From NCBI RefSeq assembly GCF_009914755.1, contig NC_060931.1: a stretch of 64,000 bases of DNA. One strand, given 5' to 3'. Below are positions 33,088-49,312 of this stretch, one piece after another. The notes beneath the pieces were generated by a model. The model was not told the origin of the DNA, made no database searches, and saw only the letters and a program-made list of their open reading frames with translations. Each line of letters begins with the position of its first letter. Position 1 is the first letter of the stretch. A program made the translations under genes and the position numbers. Source of the DNA: the human T2T-CHM13v2.0 reference genome, Homo sapiens.

Positions 33088-33213
33088 TGTGCCCTCATCA
33101 GGGTCATAGAGCCTCTGTATCAGCTGGACCGTTGTGCTCTTCCCACAGCCACTACTTCCAACCAGGGCCACCGTCTGCCCACTCTGCACCTTCAGGTTGA
33201 GGCCCTTCAAGAT
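33088..33213 (-). CDS. ABCB4: ABCB4 exon 12 (126 nt), Walker A
   Basis: TACAG / GTAAGT; [42 protein letters not shown]. Confidence 0.98.
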
Positions 33214-33425
33214 CTGTAAGGAAAATGAGAAAAAAGAACACACTTCACAACAAAGCCCTAAAATGGGAATAATTCGATTCAGTTTGAAATTTGAAAAAAA
33301 AGTATCAAATAAGGGAATATAACCCCCAAAGGAAAAGGCACATAAGTATCAAAATAATAGAGACTTTATTCTTTAAAATGATTCAACAATCAACCTCAGT
33401 TAGGAATTCCTATAAATATTACTTA

Positions 33426-33542
<117 letters not shown>

Positions 33543-34612
33543 CTAAATAAAACAAAATGTAATGACTATTCCATCATAGCACAAACAAGTTGCATTTTTA
33601 AGGAATATGATTCAGCAAATTCCAAAAATAGGACCTGGAATGTCACAATCCCCTTTACATAAGAAAAACCCAAGATGAAGATTGTGTGTATATGTATGTG
33701 TGCTGTTTAAAGAAATACTCCTTTTCAGAAAATAGTGTTTTCCTGAAAAGTACGTAAGAGATATTCATCTCATTTCATATAATATTTCCCTTTAAGTTTT
33801 TGGCATATCCTCATAAATTTTCTAAATGGTCAGATATGCATATTTATACAAGTGCAATAACAAAAATATGCTATAATTGATATATATTATAGCCAAGTAT
33901 TTCAGCATTTAGTGAAAATTAGCTCATTCCTAAATAATAAATGTAATAGATTGAATTGAGAAGATTGAATGGTTGATTATAGCAGTTATTTAGAAATAAT
34001 GTAAACTTTTAATACAATCAGAAACTGAGCACTTTTCTCACGACTTGGATCAATGAAAAAGGAAATTGCTTAGATTAAATGATCAAATTTCACTTAGCTA
34101 CCTTGCAATATTTGAATGCAGTGACTTACTTTTTTACGTCAAAACTTTTTCTTTTTCACTGTAGTCAGTTTATTTAATGTAGTTTATTTAAAATCATACC
34201 AAACATGCAGTGATAATTTTTTGGAGATGGGGAACCCACAGCAAAATATACTGTCAATTTTGGTCCCACCGATAATTTATCTACCCCCCATCCCATATAG
34301 AAATCATAAGATTCTCAGTCTGGCTACAACATGAAAGTGAAAAAGATAAAAACTAGGAAGAGAAACGTCTTTGCTCTGCACTAGTGCAGATGTCCTTTTC
34401 CAAAATGAGATCAGTATTATTATATTATCTAAAGATACATTTAAAAAATATTAATAAGAGGTATTTTCTTTCATTTATTACTAACAGGTCATTCATTTCA
34501 TATAATTAAATGTCACTTTAGTCAGTACAACTTATTCAATGTAGTTGATTCAAAAATATGCAAACTAAAGCCAGATTTAATTATACAAGCTCAAAGACTT
34601 CTTTTGGCACTA

Positions 34613-34789
<177 letters not shown>

Positions 34790-36733
34790 TCATTATTATC
34801 TAAAATGTGATGTATATGTAACATAGTACATAAAGGATTAAGTTTAGGTTTATCCTTTCCTTTTTTTTTTGTGGAAGAGCAACATTTGCAAGGCTAATAT
34901 AGCATTTTATTGCCTGAGTGGGTCTATTTTCTCAAACTACCTATTGTTCTCCTGAATACATACAGAGTTAAAAAGATTTTTCAAACCTATTTCATTGACT
35001 CACTCACAAATGCCACCAGAAAGAAACATTTTCAGTCAGTATTATTATTCCATCCTATATGATTTTCTCTAACTATGCATGGAATTACATAGACGGTTCA
35101 ATATAAAACATGGCAGATTTTGGCCCTATGTAATGCTCCTAAAAAGCACCATGTCACATATATTTTTAAAGATTTTTAACATAAAAAGTAACAGTTTGCA
35201 CATCATAAAACATAAAATCACTCCAGTGTGCACTGGTTAGCAATTCCTTTACACAGTTATTCTGTACTGTAGCATACAACACTTAACACATTTCCCTTCA
35301 CAGTATTTTTTCACTAGGAAAATGAATTGATATAAAGAAGCTCAGAATACAGCTTCAGGAATCCAGATTATTAGCATAACTTAACTGAGAAAAACATAAG
35401 TGAAGATAAATTATTTTTTTCTCTCAGGGCATGGTAAAACTTCTACATATAATTTGGCTTTTCTCAAAACACAGCAACACTTCATGTTACCCATAACTCA
35501 AATATCAGTTAAATATCTATCCCCCATCTGCAATACAGATAAGGACCAGTAAGAAAGAAAAATAATGTTGACCAAAATAGTTGCCATAAGGTTAATGCAA
35601 TAGAGTCCCTGCCCTCTATGCAGAGGGCTTTGCTTGGGCTCCCTCTGGGGATAGCAATCTCAGCCCTACCGGATAGGTGTCATTATCCACATACTACAAA
35701 TGAGGAAATTAAGGCCATAGAGGACAAACTCATCACCAAAGGTGAACGGTTGTCAGGATTCAACCTCCCTTCTTCATAAAACATCAATAGTAAATGAGGA
35801 AGTGAAGAAAGGGTAGCAAGCTTCCAAACCGACTGCCAGAGAGAAGATGGAAGTGAGAAAAATTAGACTCAGCATTAATGAGGGCTCACCAAGTCGAACA
35901 CCCACAACCTCTCAATGAAGTCTGAAGATACCACTGCATAAAGCATTCTGAAAATATTCACTTTCATAATGACCCCAAGTCATCATCAAAGGGCCAAATT
36001 ATGCTCAGTATCCTCATTTTAGCAAGATAGGGAAGTACAGATGTTAAAAGATTTCTATTTAAATAGTTACATATTGTTCTGAGTCTCTGACATGAAAAGA
36101 TGGTCACAAAATATTGGTAGTTCATAAATGTGGTTACAAAAAGATATACATAGTATGATCCCAGTTTTGAAAGAAAACAATGTGTATATATATAGAAAAT
36201 GACCTGGAAGATATATGCCAAAAATTATCATCAAGAGAATATAAATTATTAGATTGTAAGTAATTTTAATTTTAAAAATTCTGTATCCTAATCCTTTGTA
36301 AAATTAGTATATATTATTTTAACAATCATAAAATGAAGCTATCTTCATTTTGATAAATAAAAACAAACTAACATAACATCTCTTCTTGTATTTCAGAGAG
36401 CTGATTGTTTTAAGTGATATAAATGTAACATTTTCTTGTGCAATGACCTATTCTGTAATAATGATGCTTACTTTCTTATACAATAAAACTCAACGGCAGA
36501 GGGAGGATGGCTCCCATCCATATTTGTTTATTCCTAAATTCATCCCATTTTTATTTCCTTTTATACATTGTATATGTTTCACAAATGGTCTAACCACATG
36601 CTATTTTCTTATCCACACTCATAATTATGACTTGTATATACTAGAAAGTCAGCTCTGCCCACTGGACAGTGGAAAGATTCACCAAAAACAAAAACCTATA
36701 ATCATGTTCATCTTTCAAAAAGGAGCGATATCA

Positions 36734-37000
<267 letters not shown>

Positions 37001-39227
37001 TTATAATTAAGAATAACAATCCATAGTCCGAGTCACACTCGGCTCCTATATAGTTGGAGGTTTAAGTAACAAAGTCAGTCAAGGTAATGAACCCATGGTG
37101 AGACCCAGATCTTTGGGAATTGAACTAATTCAGGATCAGCCAGGCCTAGAACAGATCCAAGCCTTCTCTTTACTGGCCCGGTTCCATTTCCCTTCATCCA
37201 TTCCAAGCCAACCAACATTCCTGTGGTTATTCCAGAATTGAGGGCTCACCCTGGGATATGGAAGAGCTTCTCCATCACCTTCACGGCAATATCACAAGTC
37301 AGGGTTAAGAGGGAATGAGAGAAACCAAGCCAAACCAGAATTGATTGTAAATGTCACTGGAACTCATAAACAGTTAGATTCTTAACTCTGGTCAATGTCT
37401 CTTCTCTGGAGAAAAGAAAATCGTCCCTCTATTGTCCACTGGGTGAGGGATGAAAATTTTACATGTTGTTGTACATAAACATAGGCTTCTCTCTTTGACT
37501 TTTTTAAAAATCAGGCTGACCTTCATCTGTCAAGCTAGATACAGGTTATAAGGTAGTCACTACTTATGGAATATGAGTTCTTATTCAATTTTTCCAGACT
37601 TTAGTTTCATATATGAAAAATGGATTTAATAATGCCTAATTTGCAAGATAATTGTGAGGTTGGTAGATAATTGTAGAAAGTAGTACAGTAGCTGGTTCAT
37701 AGTTAGCAAGCCTGATCATTTCTCTTACTATTATATTAGTATCATTGTGTTCAACTTTTATCTCTTCCTGAGTTTTGCTCATTCTATTACTATCATATCT
37801 TTGAATCATAATTCAAATGCATTATTACTGGCTGCTGGCATTTGATATAAAGTTTAAAATATCTAGAATGATTCTGTTAAATTACAATTTTTTTTCATCA
37901 AGTTAAATCAAATCTACTTTTTCATACTAGACCCAGAGGGTATGTAAAATTTAATTTGGGCTCCCTGAAATTTAAAGAAAAATCCAATGGGTATGCAATG
38001 ACACTTCGAGGGGAAAATATCACACAAACTAGGATATTTTTCTTTGTGACAAAAAAAAACAAAAAACAAAACACAGCAACACCAGTTTTAGTGTTGAACC
38101 AAATAAAACATGAGAATTCATTAGTCTTTTAAAAAACATATTCTGCCATCAGAAGGTTTGTCTTTTTTATTGCGTAAAGCACCCAGGTCTTCAGGGTGCT
38201 TTCCTCTGGTTGGGGGCTGCATTCATAGAGCACAGCTGCATCTCTGGGGGTAGCCAGCAGGCCACAGCTAGCGCTGTGATTTCTCCTGTGTGGCTGAGCC
38301 TCAAGGCGTGGCAGGAAGACTTGCATCTGCCCAGTGTGACACACAGCTCCAGTGACAGCAGCGGACACACTGTAATTACCTTTGCTTAGGTGGCTCGCTT
38401 ACCGGGGCTAATGGAGCGGCACAGATTACACTGACATCCTGAGGTCCAACTGAGGGTTAGTGTGGTCTGTGTGGACTATTATGTACAGGAAGCAGCAGTG
38501 AGAGAGAAAAAAGGAAGAGGTTAGAGGATCAGAAACATGTTGGCTTTGAAGAGGGATTAAGGAATAGAAAAGTAGAAAATTAAATGGGGGGAATAAGGGA
38601 AACTTTGTTTTTAATGCTAGAGAATTTCCAGAGAATTTTTATATCCAAGAGTTGTGAGTATCAAGAGTCCCATAGAATAGCCAAAGAAAATACTTTATAT
38701 GGAATCATACTTCAACTACAGTAGGGGATATTGTTATTTAAATAAAACCCTAAGTAATTATTTTCATTTAAGTAGAGCAGAATAGCCTTTTTCATAGGTG
38801 TATTCTTATCCCCAAACTCATTGAGATATACACACTAAAGATGTATACACAGCTTTTCATATGTCAATCATGCCTTGATAATTTTTTCAGAGAAGAGTTT
38901 GCAACATGCCTCCAGATACTGGTCAATTTTCCAGGCTTATCCTGGATCATTAAAGTTGAATGCCAGAGGCCTGGGTGGGAAGCCCTGCCTCATTGTTATG
39001 GAGGACCCACAAGGCCCTACAAAGAATTCTGGGCTATAACTAGGAAGTCGATGTTTTCTCAGGTTTTTCTCTTCTATATTCCAGTTCATAGTCATTAAGG
39101 AGTAAAATAAAATAAAAAATATTTTGATAAGTATTTTTAATATAATTATTTTCCTTTGTAACCCTACTTATTTTGTTTTTTGGGGCTTTTATTTATTTAT
39201 TTTTTGGTTTTTAAAAAATTTTTACTC

Positions 39228-39478
39228 TTTTTTTGTGATAGAGGCTCACTCTATCATCCAGGCTGGAGTTCAGCTCACTGCACCCTTGACATTCTGGGCT
39301 CAAGGGATTCTCCTGCCTCAGCCTCCTGAGTAGCTGGGACCACAGGTGCACACCACCACACTCAGCTTATTAAAAAAAAAAAAAATTGTAGAGCCAGGGT
39401 CTTACTACATTGCCCAGGCTGGTCTTGAGCTCCTGGATTCCAGCTACCCTCCTGCCTTGGCTTCCCAAAGGGCTAGCA
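39228..39478 (-). mobile_element. Alu (J-like), degenerate
   Basis: recognisable reverse Alu arms; boundaries approximate. Confidence 0.85.
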
Positions 39479-39561
39479 TATTTTGGTTTATGCATTTAAA
39501 AACAAGGGAGTCCATTTGTATTATCACATAGCCAAAAGAGTCCATGGAACATAAATGATTA

Positions 39562-39930
<369 letters not shown>

Positions 39931-40186
39931 TTAACCTACTTTTTCTTCCCAAACCCTCTCCTTTAACAAATATTAAAGTCATGTAGCAAATGCCAGTGTT
40001 CTGGATCCAATGGCTGCGTCCACATCCCTCAAAGGCTATATCTGACCCACCCTGGTGATAGGCTCCCCAAGAGTACTCAGGAAAAAAGAAAATCCACACA
40101 TAATTCTCTAAATAGCACTCTTGGGAACACTGTCAAGTTCCACATCTACTGTTTTTCTTTGTTAGTTGTAAGGTAAAATAAAATAA

Positions 40187-40494
<308 letters not shown>

Positions 40495-40908
40495 TTGTGT
40501 CACAATTTTTAATTACTATAAAAACAATACTTCCAGACCTCCTCATGGGCATTCTGCTGAATAATAAGATAGCCAAACAAGATGTTTCAGGAGAAAAGCA
40601 AAGGAAGAATCAAAACAAAAGAGATACAGGTAGTTCACTGTGTAAATCATCAACGTCAGGATGAGCAAAAATTGCCAGTAAAATTTCTCAACTCTGAAGT
40701 GTTGGCTAAAGTAGAATACATTTTGTGTATTTTATTGCCAGGCAAAACTGGCAGAGTGCCACTTAACCATCACAGGTAATGATTAAAACAAATAGAACAA
40801 ATACAAACTCTATTTAAAATTTTTATGTTCATGCAATAATTTGAGGGAAATGTTATATTTTAAAGTTGCACTTCCTTAACTAAGGGTAATCGAAGTAAGA
40901 ACTGTGAA

Positions 40909-41203
40909 TTTTTTTTTTTTTTGAGATGAAGTCTTACTCTGTCACCCAAGCTGGAGTGAAGTGGCATGATCTGGGCTCACTGCGACCTCCACCTCCTGAG
41001 TTCAGCGATTCTCCTGTCTCAGCCTCCCAAGTAGCTGGGATTACAGTCATGCACCACCACGCAAGGCTAGTTTTTCATATTTTTAGTAGAGACAGAGTTT
41101 TGCCATGTTGTCCAGGCTGGTCTGGAACTCCTGACCTCAAGTGATTTATGTACCTTGGCCTCCCAAAGTGCTGGGATACAGGAATGAGTCACCACACCCA
41201 GCC
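40909..41203 (-). mobile_element. Alu (S-like)
   Basis: full Alu in reverse. Confidence 0.9.
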
Positions 41204-41337
41204 TGTGACATTTTGAATTATGTTAAAAATTAATTTCCTTATGAAAGCATCATATTAACACCATGTTACTGGATGTAGTTTCAACTGACATTTAATGTAG
41301 ACCTGAACAGGTACAAGTACGAGACTTCTGCATATTA

Positions 41338-41607
<270 letters not shown>

Positions 41608-41959
41608 TTAGAAAGATGAAGTAGACATCCAACAAACACATAGACAAGTAAAATTTGTTCACTGACTGCAAGCCTCTTTCAGAGTCTTAGCCTCTTGAAT
41701 AACATCTTCCCCACCTAAACACCGCACAAAGGAAGAAATTCAGGATTGATCAATGCTTCTAATAAGTTAGTATCATTAAGTTGATACTATTAAATGAGTC
41801 AATCCTATGAGAGAAGCATTAACATTTTGAGCATAAAAATGTATCTGTTTAAAAGCAAGAATTAAGAAGAACATTGCAACAATAATAAGCAACAGTAGTA
41901 GGGAAGTATTACTGCATTTCTTCTTATAGGGAAGTAATAGGGAAGAGATCTTTGCTTCT

Positions 41960-42352
41960 ACTCTTGTCCCTATTCCCAACCAAGTCTATTCTCAACACAG
42001 CAGCCAGTGGGATGCTTTGAAAATGCAAGTCTGACCATGCTACTCCTCAGCTCAGAAACTTCCAGCGGCTGCCATTTCACTGGGTGAAAGCTGAAGTCTT
42101 GAAGTCTTTGTGGAGGTTTACAAGGCCCTAAATGTCTTGCTTTTCCCTTTTTTTTTTTTTTTTTTTTGACTTATTTGCTCAGGATGCCTTTGCCAGGACT
42201 CCCAGTCAGGAAAGTTTATCATCTATCTCCCTCTACTGGAATGTAAGCACCAAAAGGACAGAGATCTGTGCTTTGTTCACTGATATATTACGAACACACA
42301 GAATGGTACTTCGCACATGAAACACCCTCAAATATTTGTTGAATAAGTGAAG
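41960..42352 (+). mobile_element. L2 3' relic
   Basis: TCTATTCTCAACACAGCAGCCAG ... AAATATTTGTTGAATAAGTGAA. Confidence 0.7.
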
Positions 42353-42711
42353 AGTTGACAATTACTAAAGCAAGTCTCTTTGTAAATTAATTCAATCATC
42401 TATTCATTGATTCAACCATCTTTACTGACAGTCTAGCACCTGTCACGTCCTGCAGTAGAAAGTTCCATGAGAAATAAACAGGTATAAGATGTGAATTCAG
42501 TCCTCAAATAAACCTACTATGCACCTTGGGGGAAAGCCAACATGCAATGGCATAGGCTATAGATGCTGCTAGACATGGCTGCCAGATGATCGATTTCTAA
42601 TATAGATCAGATGCTCAATCTAGTAACATTTTTCATTTAAAATCTTTCCTTGACATATTTTCACACAGTAATTAATTTCTATATGAAAGTGTGACATTAA
42701 CAATGTACCTA

Positions 42712-43250
<539 letters not shown>

Positions 43251-44302
43251 CTACCATCCTTTATTCATCTCTTTCAGGAGAAATTTTCAGAACTGGAAAT
43301 TAATCAATTTACTAAACTTAAAACAAAAACTGTATAGGACATTATAACAAACAGACATTACATTTTTCTTTTTTTAAATTATAAAGTGATGAGCTCCATG
43401 ATGGCAAATCTATTTACTTGAACTGTTAGCCAAAGAAAATGGATAAATTTTTGTTGTTAACTGCAAAAAAGTTAATGATTTGTTTTTAACTGATATTGAT
43501 AACTTGTGGATACAATTTAACTCCTCTTTAATAATTATATTCTAGACTTGTATATCTTATTGTACTGAAAAGTTCACTACTATTTACATATTGCAAATAT
43601 AGTAATAAGCAGATTGAACATGTGAAATCGCCCTTTCCATATTGATTTTTCCACATTCTTTATAAAAAGAACCAAAAAACTTTGTTCCTATTTGTCAGAA
43701 TTTGAAATATTTTAAAAAAGATATGATAAAATGTCATGAATTCAAACGAATTTGGAATGTTTTACCAAATTAGTAGAAAGTTAGTATTTTAAAAAATAAT
43801 AAGTACATATCAATACTTTCAAATTTTTATTATCTAATTTTATAAACTGCTTCCAGATAGACACCTTTCAGGCCTTTTAGCATACAGACAGCACTCGTTA
43901 CAATCAGCAACACTGCTATGCAGACATACAAACATCATGCTTACAGGCTTTAGAGATTTCTATTGAGAAACTAGAAGGAGGAGAAAATGCCATAAATGAC
44001 ATTATTGGATCAAATGACAAAATTGGAATATAGATGTTATATTAGATAAAAGTACTGAAATTTACTGAAGCTAATAGCTGTACTGTGATTATGTAAGAAA
44101 ATATCCTTATTCTTAGGAGTCATACTGCAGTAAAGGGCCATGATGTGTGCATCTTACTTTAAATTGGGATTTGGGAGCAAAAATGATAATAATAGGTGAA
44201 TCTGGGTAAAGAGTACACGTTATTTGTATATTCTTATAACTCTGTAATTGGAAATTATCTTCAAATGAAACTTTAAAAAAGTAGACCATATATATGAGTT
44301 AC

Positions 44303-44360
44303 CTAGTCATTTCTTCTTCCAGAATTTTGCCTGGATTTAGCAGCGACAAGGAAAAGTTCA
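44303..44360 (-). CDS. ABCB4: ABCB4 exon 5 (58 nt)
   Basis: TTTAG / GTAACT; VNFSLSLLNPGKILEEEMTR. Confidence 0.97.
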
Positions 44361-45109
44361 CTAAATTAAAAAATAAAATAAAACATGTTAAAAGATCAAA
44401 CTATTAATAGGCATTGCCAGGTTTTTAAAAATCTGTTAATAATTTAAATGTATGAAAGCTAGAAGATGCTATTGTTAAGTTTCTCTTTAAAAAACACTTT
44501 TCTTTGCACACTTAAGTGCATTCTTTTCACTTTACTCAAGTAAAGAGCCCAAGGGTTTAGGTACTGGACATTAAGGGCCAAGAAAGGGGAAGATAAGCCC
44601 TCCCAGGTCTTTCCCCCATCCTGGCGGTCTCAGCCTTTAGCAAAGCAGCCTTCTAAGGAGGCACAGAGGAGCCACTGAAGAGACAAGGAAGCCACAAAAC
44701 ACACAGAAGACAGAGGAGGGAATAAGAAATATTTAAAATAGAAAACACAGGATTTAAGAGGCATTTTTTTTTTTTGGTGGCTCAAAGCACTTTATAGAAC
44801 TTCAATAAATTTTATTTTTATATCTGTGTGTTTTTTCTTTACATGTCTCATATGACATAAGTAAGGGAAAGGCTAAGTTACATCCATCGCAAAGGAGGAA
44901 AAACTAGACAGGGAAGATAACTTAGTTGCTCAAAGGCATGTCAGTGATCACTGGCAATTAGTGAACATCCTGCATTCCACCTCTTGTTTACCAGCACTGC
45001 TGTATTCTAGTATTTTTTGAAGCAGTATTAATTGGAAAGAAATCTATTGTCTATTAATTTGAGCTAATTTGATAAAATGTCAATGTATCTTTCCTGATTT
45101 CCATGTTTT

Positions 45110-45350
45110 AATAATAGCTAATGTTTATTGAGCATTTATTAAATACCAGGCACTGCTCTGAATACTTTAGGTGTGTTAATTCATTTAATTATCTTATGAG
45201 GTGAGACTATTTCACAAACCCCATTTTATAGAATAGGAAATGGAGGCACAGATAAATAAAGTAACTTACTCAATGTCATACAGCTAGTAAGTGGCAGAGC
45301 TGAAAGTCAGCCCAGGCAATTTGGCCTATGCTCGTAACACTATACTATAC
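45110..45350 (-). mobile_element. MIR
   Basis: CCCATTTTATAG...GGAGGCACAG...CAGCTAGTAAGTGGCAGAGC. Confidence 0.75.
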
Positions 45351-46049
45351 TGATTTATTCATGTGACAATGACTTATTTTTATTTTTTAGAAAAGACAAA
45401 TGAAAAAATAAGAAACAGCCTACATCTACTGCATTCACAAAATAATAGGATAAAATATCACCACAGCATTGTTGAGAAAACACATCAGGGTACATATTTC
45501 TCATTTTCCATGGTCCTAGGAGAGAAATTGGTCTCTTTGTTCCTTTGCCATGTGTAAATAGCCCAGGGGTCGTGTTTTCGTGTTTTCGTGGTGCTGTGTA
45601 TCCTCCTTATCTTTTTCCAAAGAAAGATAAGGTTGAAACTTATTTAAAACTCAAACTACTGTCAGGATCAATTACCAGGCATCTGGCCCCAACTGCAGCA
45701 TCATCTTTCCCCCAGGATTATAATTTCTACTGATGTTCACAGTGAAATTTCCGATTATTAATCTAGCTCTTTATAAGCTATCAGAACCTTGAAGATTCAT
45801 ACCCTATTTTACTTTTCATCTTATCAGTTCCTTTCTGTGTGTTCATTTCCATCCTGAAGTTTTAAATAGGGCAAATTGGAAGAGTATTTGGAACTAGAGG
45901 CAGGCAAGCTATTCTAAAGCTGTGGCATTTGTAAAAATCATTGTGGTTTTTTTATTTCCCTGAACTGAAAAATTGGGTGAAATCTTAAATAAGTTTTTCC
46001 TCTCTTTCAACACCTACCTCAAACTTTTAAATTCTCTCAATAAGGATAC

Positions 46050-46461
46050 TGATATGGTTTGGATATTTGTTCCCTCCAAATCTCACGTTGAAATGTGATC
46101 CTCAGTGTTGGAGGTGGGGCCTGATGGGAGGTGTTTGGGTCAAGGGGACAGATCCCACATGAATGGCTTGGTGCCCTCCCTGAGATAATGAGCGAGTTCT
46201 CACTCAGTTCATGTGACAGCTGGTTGTTAAAGAGAGCCTGGCCTCTCCCTCCTGCTCCCTCTCTCTCCATGTGACACATCTGCTCCCCATTCACCTTCCC
46301 TCACTGAGTAAAAGCTTCCTGAGGCTTTGCCAGAAGCCCCAAACAGATGTGGGTACCATACTTTTACAGCCTGCTGAACCATGAGCCAAATAAACATATT
46401 TTCTTCATAAATTACCCAGTCTCAGGTATTCCTTCCTAGCAACACAAAATGGACTAACACA
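46050..46461 (+). mobile_element. Solo MaLR LTR (MSTB-like)
   Basis: TGATATGGTTTGG...GACTAACACA; 5-bp TSD GATAC at 46045-46049 and 46462-46466. Confidence 0.9.
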
Positions 46462-46766
46462 GATACCAACTCAAATTGACTCTCCCTCCTAGGAAAGAAT
46501 CTATGAGCGTTCCAGATTGGACCCGCTCCTTTCTCAGAGTCTCAAGAATGGAAATCTAGTGCTGGGTTAGTAACCTGAGGAGCTCCAGAGTCCCCGGGGA
46601 AACTCAGAGTTTCTGCTGCCTGGGACAAAGGTGAACTAAACATATGTTGGTGTGTTGCCTGAAAAGTCATGGCCTGCTAGATCTGAAAAGAGCCTACTCC
46701 TGGTCTTGTCAGATGCTACCTATTCTGCTTCAGTCTCATAAACGATATCTACATGGTCATTTGGCT

Positions 46767-47230
46767 TGGTGGTACTTAACGCTGTCTGTGCATTAGAATT
46801 ACATGGGGAGCTTAAGAATTACAGATGTTCAGGCTCCACTCAAGCCCAATGCAGCCAGAATCTCTGGTTGAGTCCAGAGCATCACATTTTTATAAAGTGC
46901 CCCCCGCCAGGCCCGGTGGCTCACACCTATAATTACAGCACTTTGGGAGGCTGAGGCGGGAGGATCACTTGAGGCCAGGAGTTTGAGACCAGCCTGGGCA
47001 ACGTGGTGAAATCCACCTTTACAAAAAGTTGGCCGGGCATGGTGGCAGGTGCCTGTAGTCCCAGCTACACAGGAGACTGAAGCAGGAGGATTACTTGAGC
47101 CCAGGAGCTCAAGGCTGGAGTGAGCTATGATCACTTCACTGCACTCTAGCCTGGGCAACAGAGCAAGACCCTGTCTCAAAAAAGAAAAAGTACCCTGGTT
47201 GATTCTAATATGCCAGGATGGAGAACTTAC
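46767..47230. mobile_element. MER5-like hAT DNA transposon relic split by Alu
   Basis: GTGCATTAGAATTACATGGGGAGCTT ... CTGGTTGATTCTAAT resemble MER5. Confidence 0.55.
46905..47190 (+). mobile_element. Alu (J-like) inserted in a MER5-like element
   Basis: full Alu; degenerate TSD AAAGTGCCC / AAAGTACCC. Confidence 0.9.
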
Positions 47231-47389
47231 ACCCCAGTCCACCTGAATGCCTCCCGTAGTAAGGAACTGGGGAACTCCTGAAGCTGCCTGTTCATTTTAG
47301 AGAGTACCTATATAACCTATCCATTTTACAGATGAAGAGACAGAGTGGGTTGTTTCATTTCCAAGTTCTTATAGCTAGTTTGTCCCAAT

Positions 47390-47540
47390 ATTTATTGATC
47401 ATTTACTATGTTCCAGACACTTTACACAAATCATCTCACTTAATTCTATCAGTAAATTGATGCTTACCTCTCAAAGATGAGAACAGTAAGGATTATAGAG
47501 GTTAAGAGACTTGCTCATGGTCACACAGCTTATGGGTGAA
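47390..47540 (-). mobile_element. MIR
   Basis: AGAGGTTAAGAGACTTGCTCATGGTCACACAGCT. Confidence 0.6.
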
Positions 47541-48897
47541 GGGTCTGAATAAGCAGTGTATACATTAAGGATTAGATAGGGAAACATAGTCTTCATTTTC
47601 ACTTTTGAGTCTCAAAGTAAATCAATGTCTGCCTTCCCGGATTCTGCCCAAGACTTCTTTTTTTTTCAAAGGGGAAGAAAGAGAGGTATCCATCACCTCA
47701 AGCATCTCTCCTTTCTTTGTGTTACAAACAATCCAATTATGTACTTTTAGTTATTTTTAAATGTTGCCTAGGACTTCTTTTAACACATAGAACTATTCAT
47801 TATAAAATAAAGAGCTGGTGTTTGTTCAGGCACCCTAGGCACTATGGACAGTTATGAAGATATCTTGGGGGCTCAAAATGGCATTTTTCCCCTCAAACAA
47901 GAGGCAATGCAAGGACAATCAGGGTGCAGCTATTTTCCCGCAGAATTTTCTAGACTATTATAGTCACAGAGACAGCATAAAAGATATCAAGTCCTTGACA
48001 CTCTGCAGAAAAACTGTTTTCTCCAACTCCGTCCTTAATGTTTTGGATGCAGAATGTTGTGTGCATACTTTCTGCACAACTGACTCATTGTGAGGGAACA
48101 ACCCTGTCATGGAGTGGCTTTATTCTGTTGACAAGGACGAGCTTTGCTCACAATAAGTCATTGTCAGACCCTCTTGTAATATGAACCTTTTTTTCTTCTA
48201 ACATGCCTTTCTCATTTGGCTCCTATTAAGTCTGGTTGTCCAAGCATCCAACAATTCTAAAGAATAGACTAAGTAAACATCTCTAAGAGATAAGCTGGAA
48301 CCTCAGCTAAGTACCTCACTCTATCTGTTCCCAACCCCCATGATTTTTGTTAAACTCTACAACTCTCAACACATCAATAAGCAGTCTGGATTTAGAGTGA
48401 GTATCCTTTAAAGATTTCATTGTCTTCTAAGAGGTATGAGAATATTATTTTTACAAACGACCAAAGAGTGGATGCTGGAAATTCATAACATTTGAGGAAC
48501 TTTCCATCTAAATACTCCATAGCATCCAGTAAGCCTAATGAGAAACATGGCTACAGGGTACCAAGCATCATAACAGGAGTGTTTATAATTCGGAGGCTAC
48601 CAAAACAAAGTTGGCAACTCTCGCGAGTTTATCTCTGTGTCAACCACAGTTCTGTAAGTGACTTGCTTGTGCCATTCCCCAGAGAGACCTTGAATTTGGC
48701 ACCTCTCTGCCATGTCCAGCTTAAAGCCATTCAGTTTCATAATTAGGCACAAGTTAAAAAAAAAAAAAAAAGCAAACTGCTCCAAATAAGAAAGTTGGGA
48801 ATTATTCTGGTATTAGTAAAAACAAAAACAGAACTAATAAAATTGGTCCAAAAGAGAAATGATGTGTGATAAGTGAATTGCATTGCTTTAATCTGAC

Positions 48898-49312
48898 TTT
48901 AAAAATTTTAATTGTGATAAAATACCTTACATAAAGTTTACCATGTTAACTATTTTTAAGTGTACAGTTCAGTACTGTTAAGTATATTCACACTGTTGTC
49001 CAGCCAACCTCCAGAACTTTTTCAACTTGCAAAATTGAAATTCTATACCCATTAAACAACAGCTCCCCACTGCTCCTCCCCACAACCCCTATTAACCACC
49101 ATTCCACTTGCGTTCTTATGAATTTTACTCTAGATACCTCATAAAAGTAGAATCGAACAGTATTTATCTTTTTTTGAGTGGCTCATTTCATTTAGCGTCA
49201 TGTCCTCAAGGTTCATCTATGACATAGCATATGTCAGAAGTTATTTCCCTTCAAAAGGCTGAATAATATTCCATTGTATGTATCTACCATATCTTATTTT
49301 TCCATTCATCTG
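48898..49312 (-). mobile_element. L1MB-like 3' end
   Basis: L1M 3' UTR; flanking TTAATCTGA(C/T)TTT repeat. Confidence 0.75.

Noticed and set aside
37028-37042. CCGAGT-CAC-ACTCGG hairpin upstream of exon 9
   Set aside because: A 6-bp stem is expected by chance in 64 kb
46829-47242. 137-aa ORF and similar LECSG / PPPPGFK ORFs across the window
   Set aside because: Translations of antisense Alu sequence
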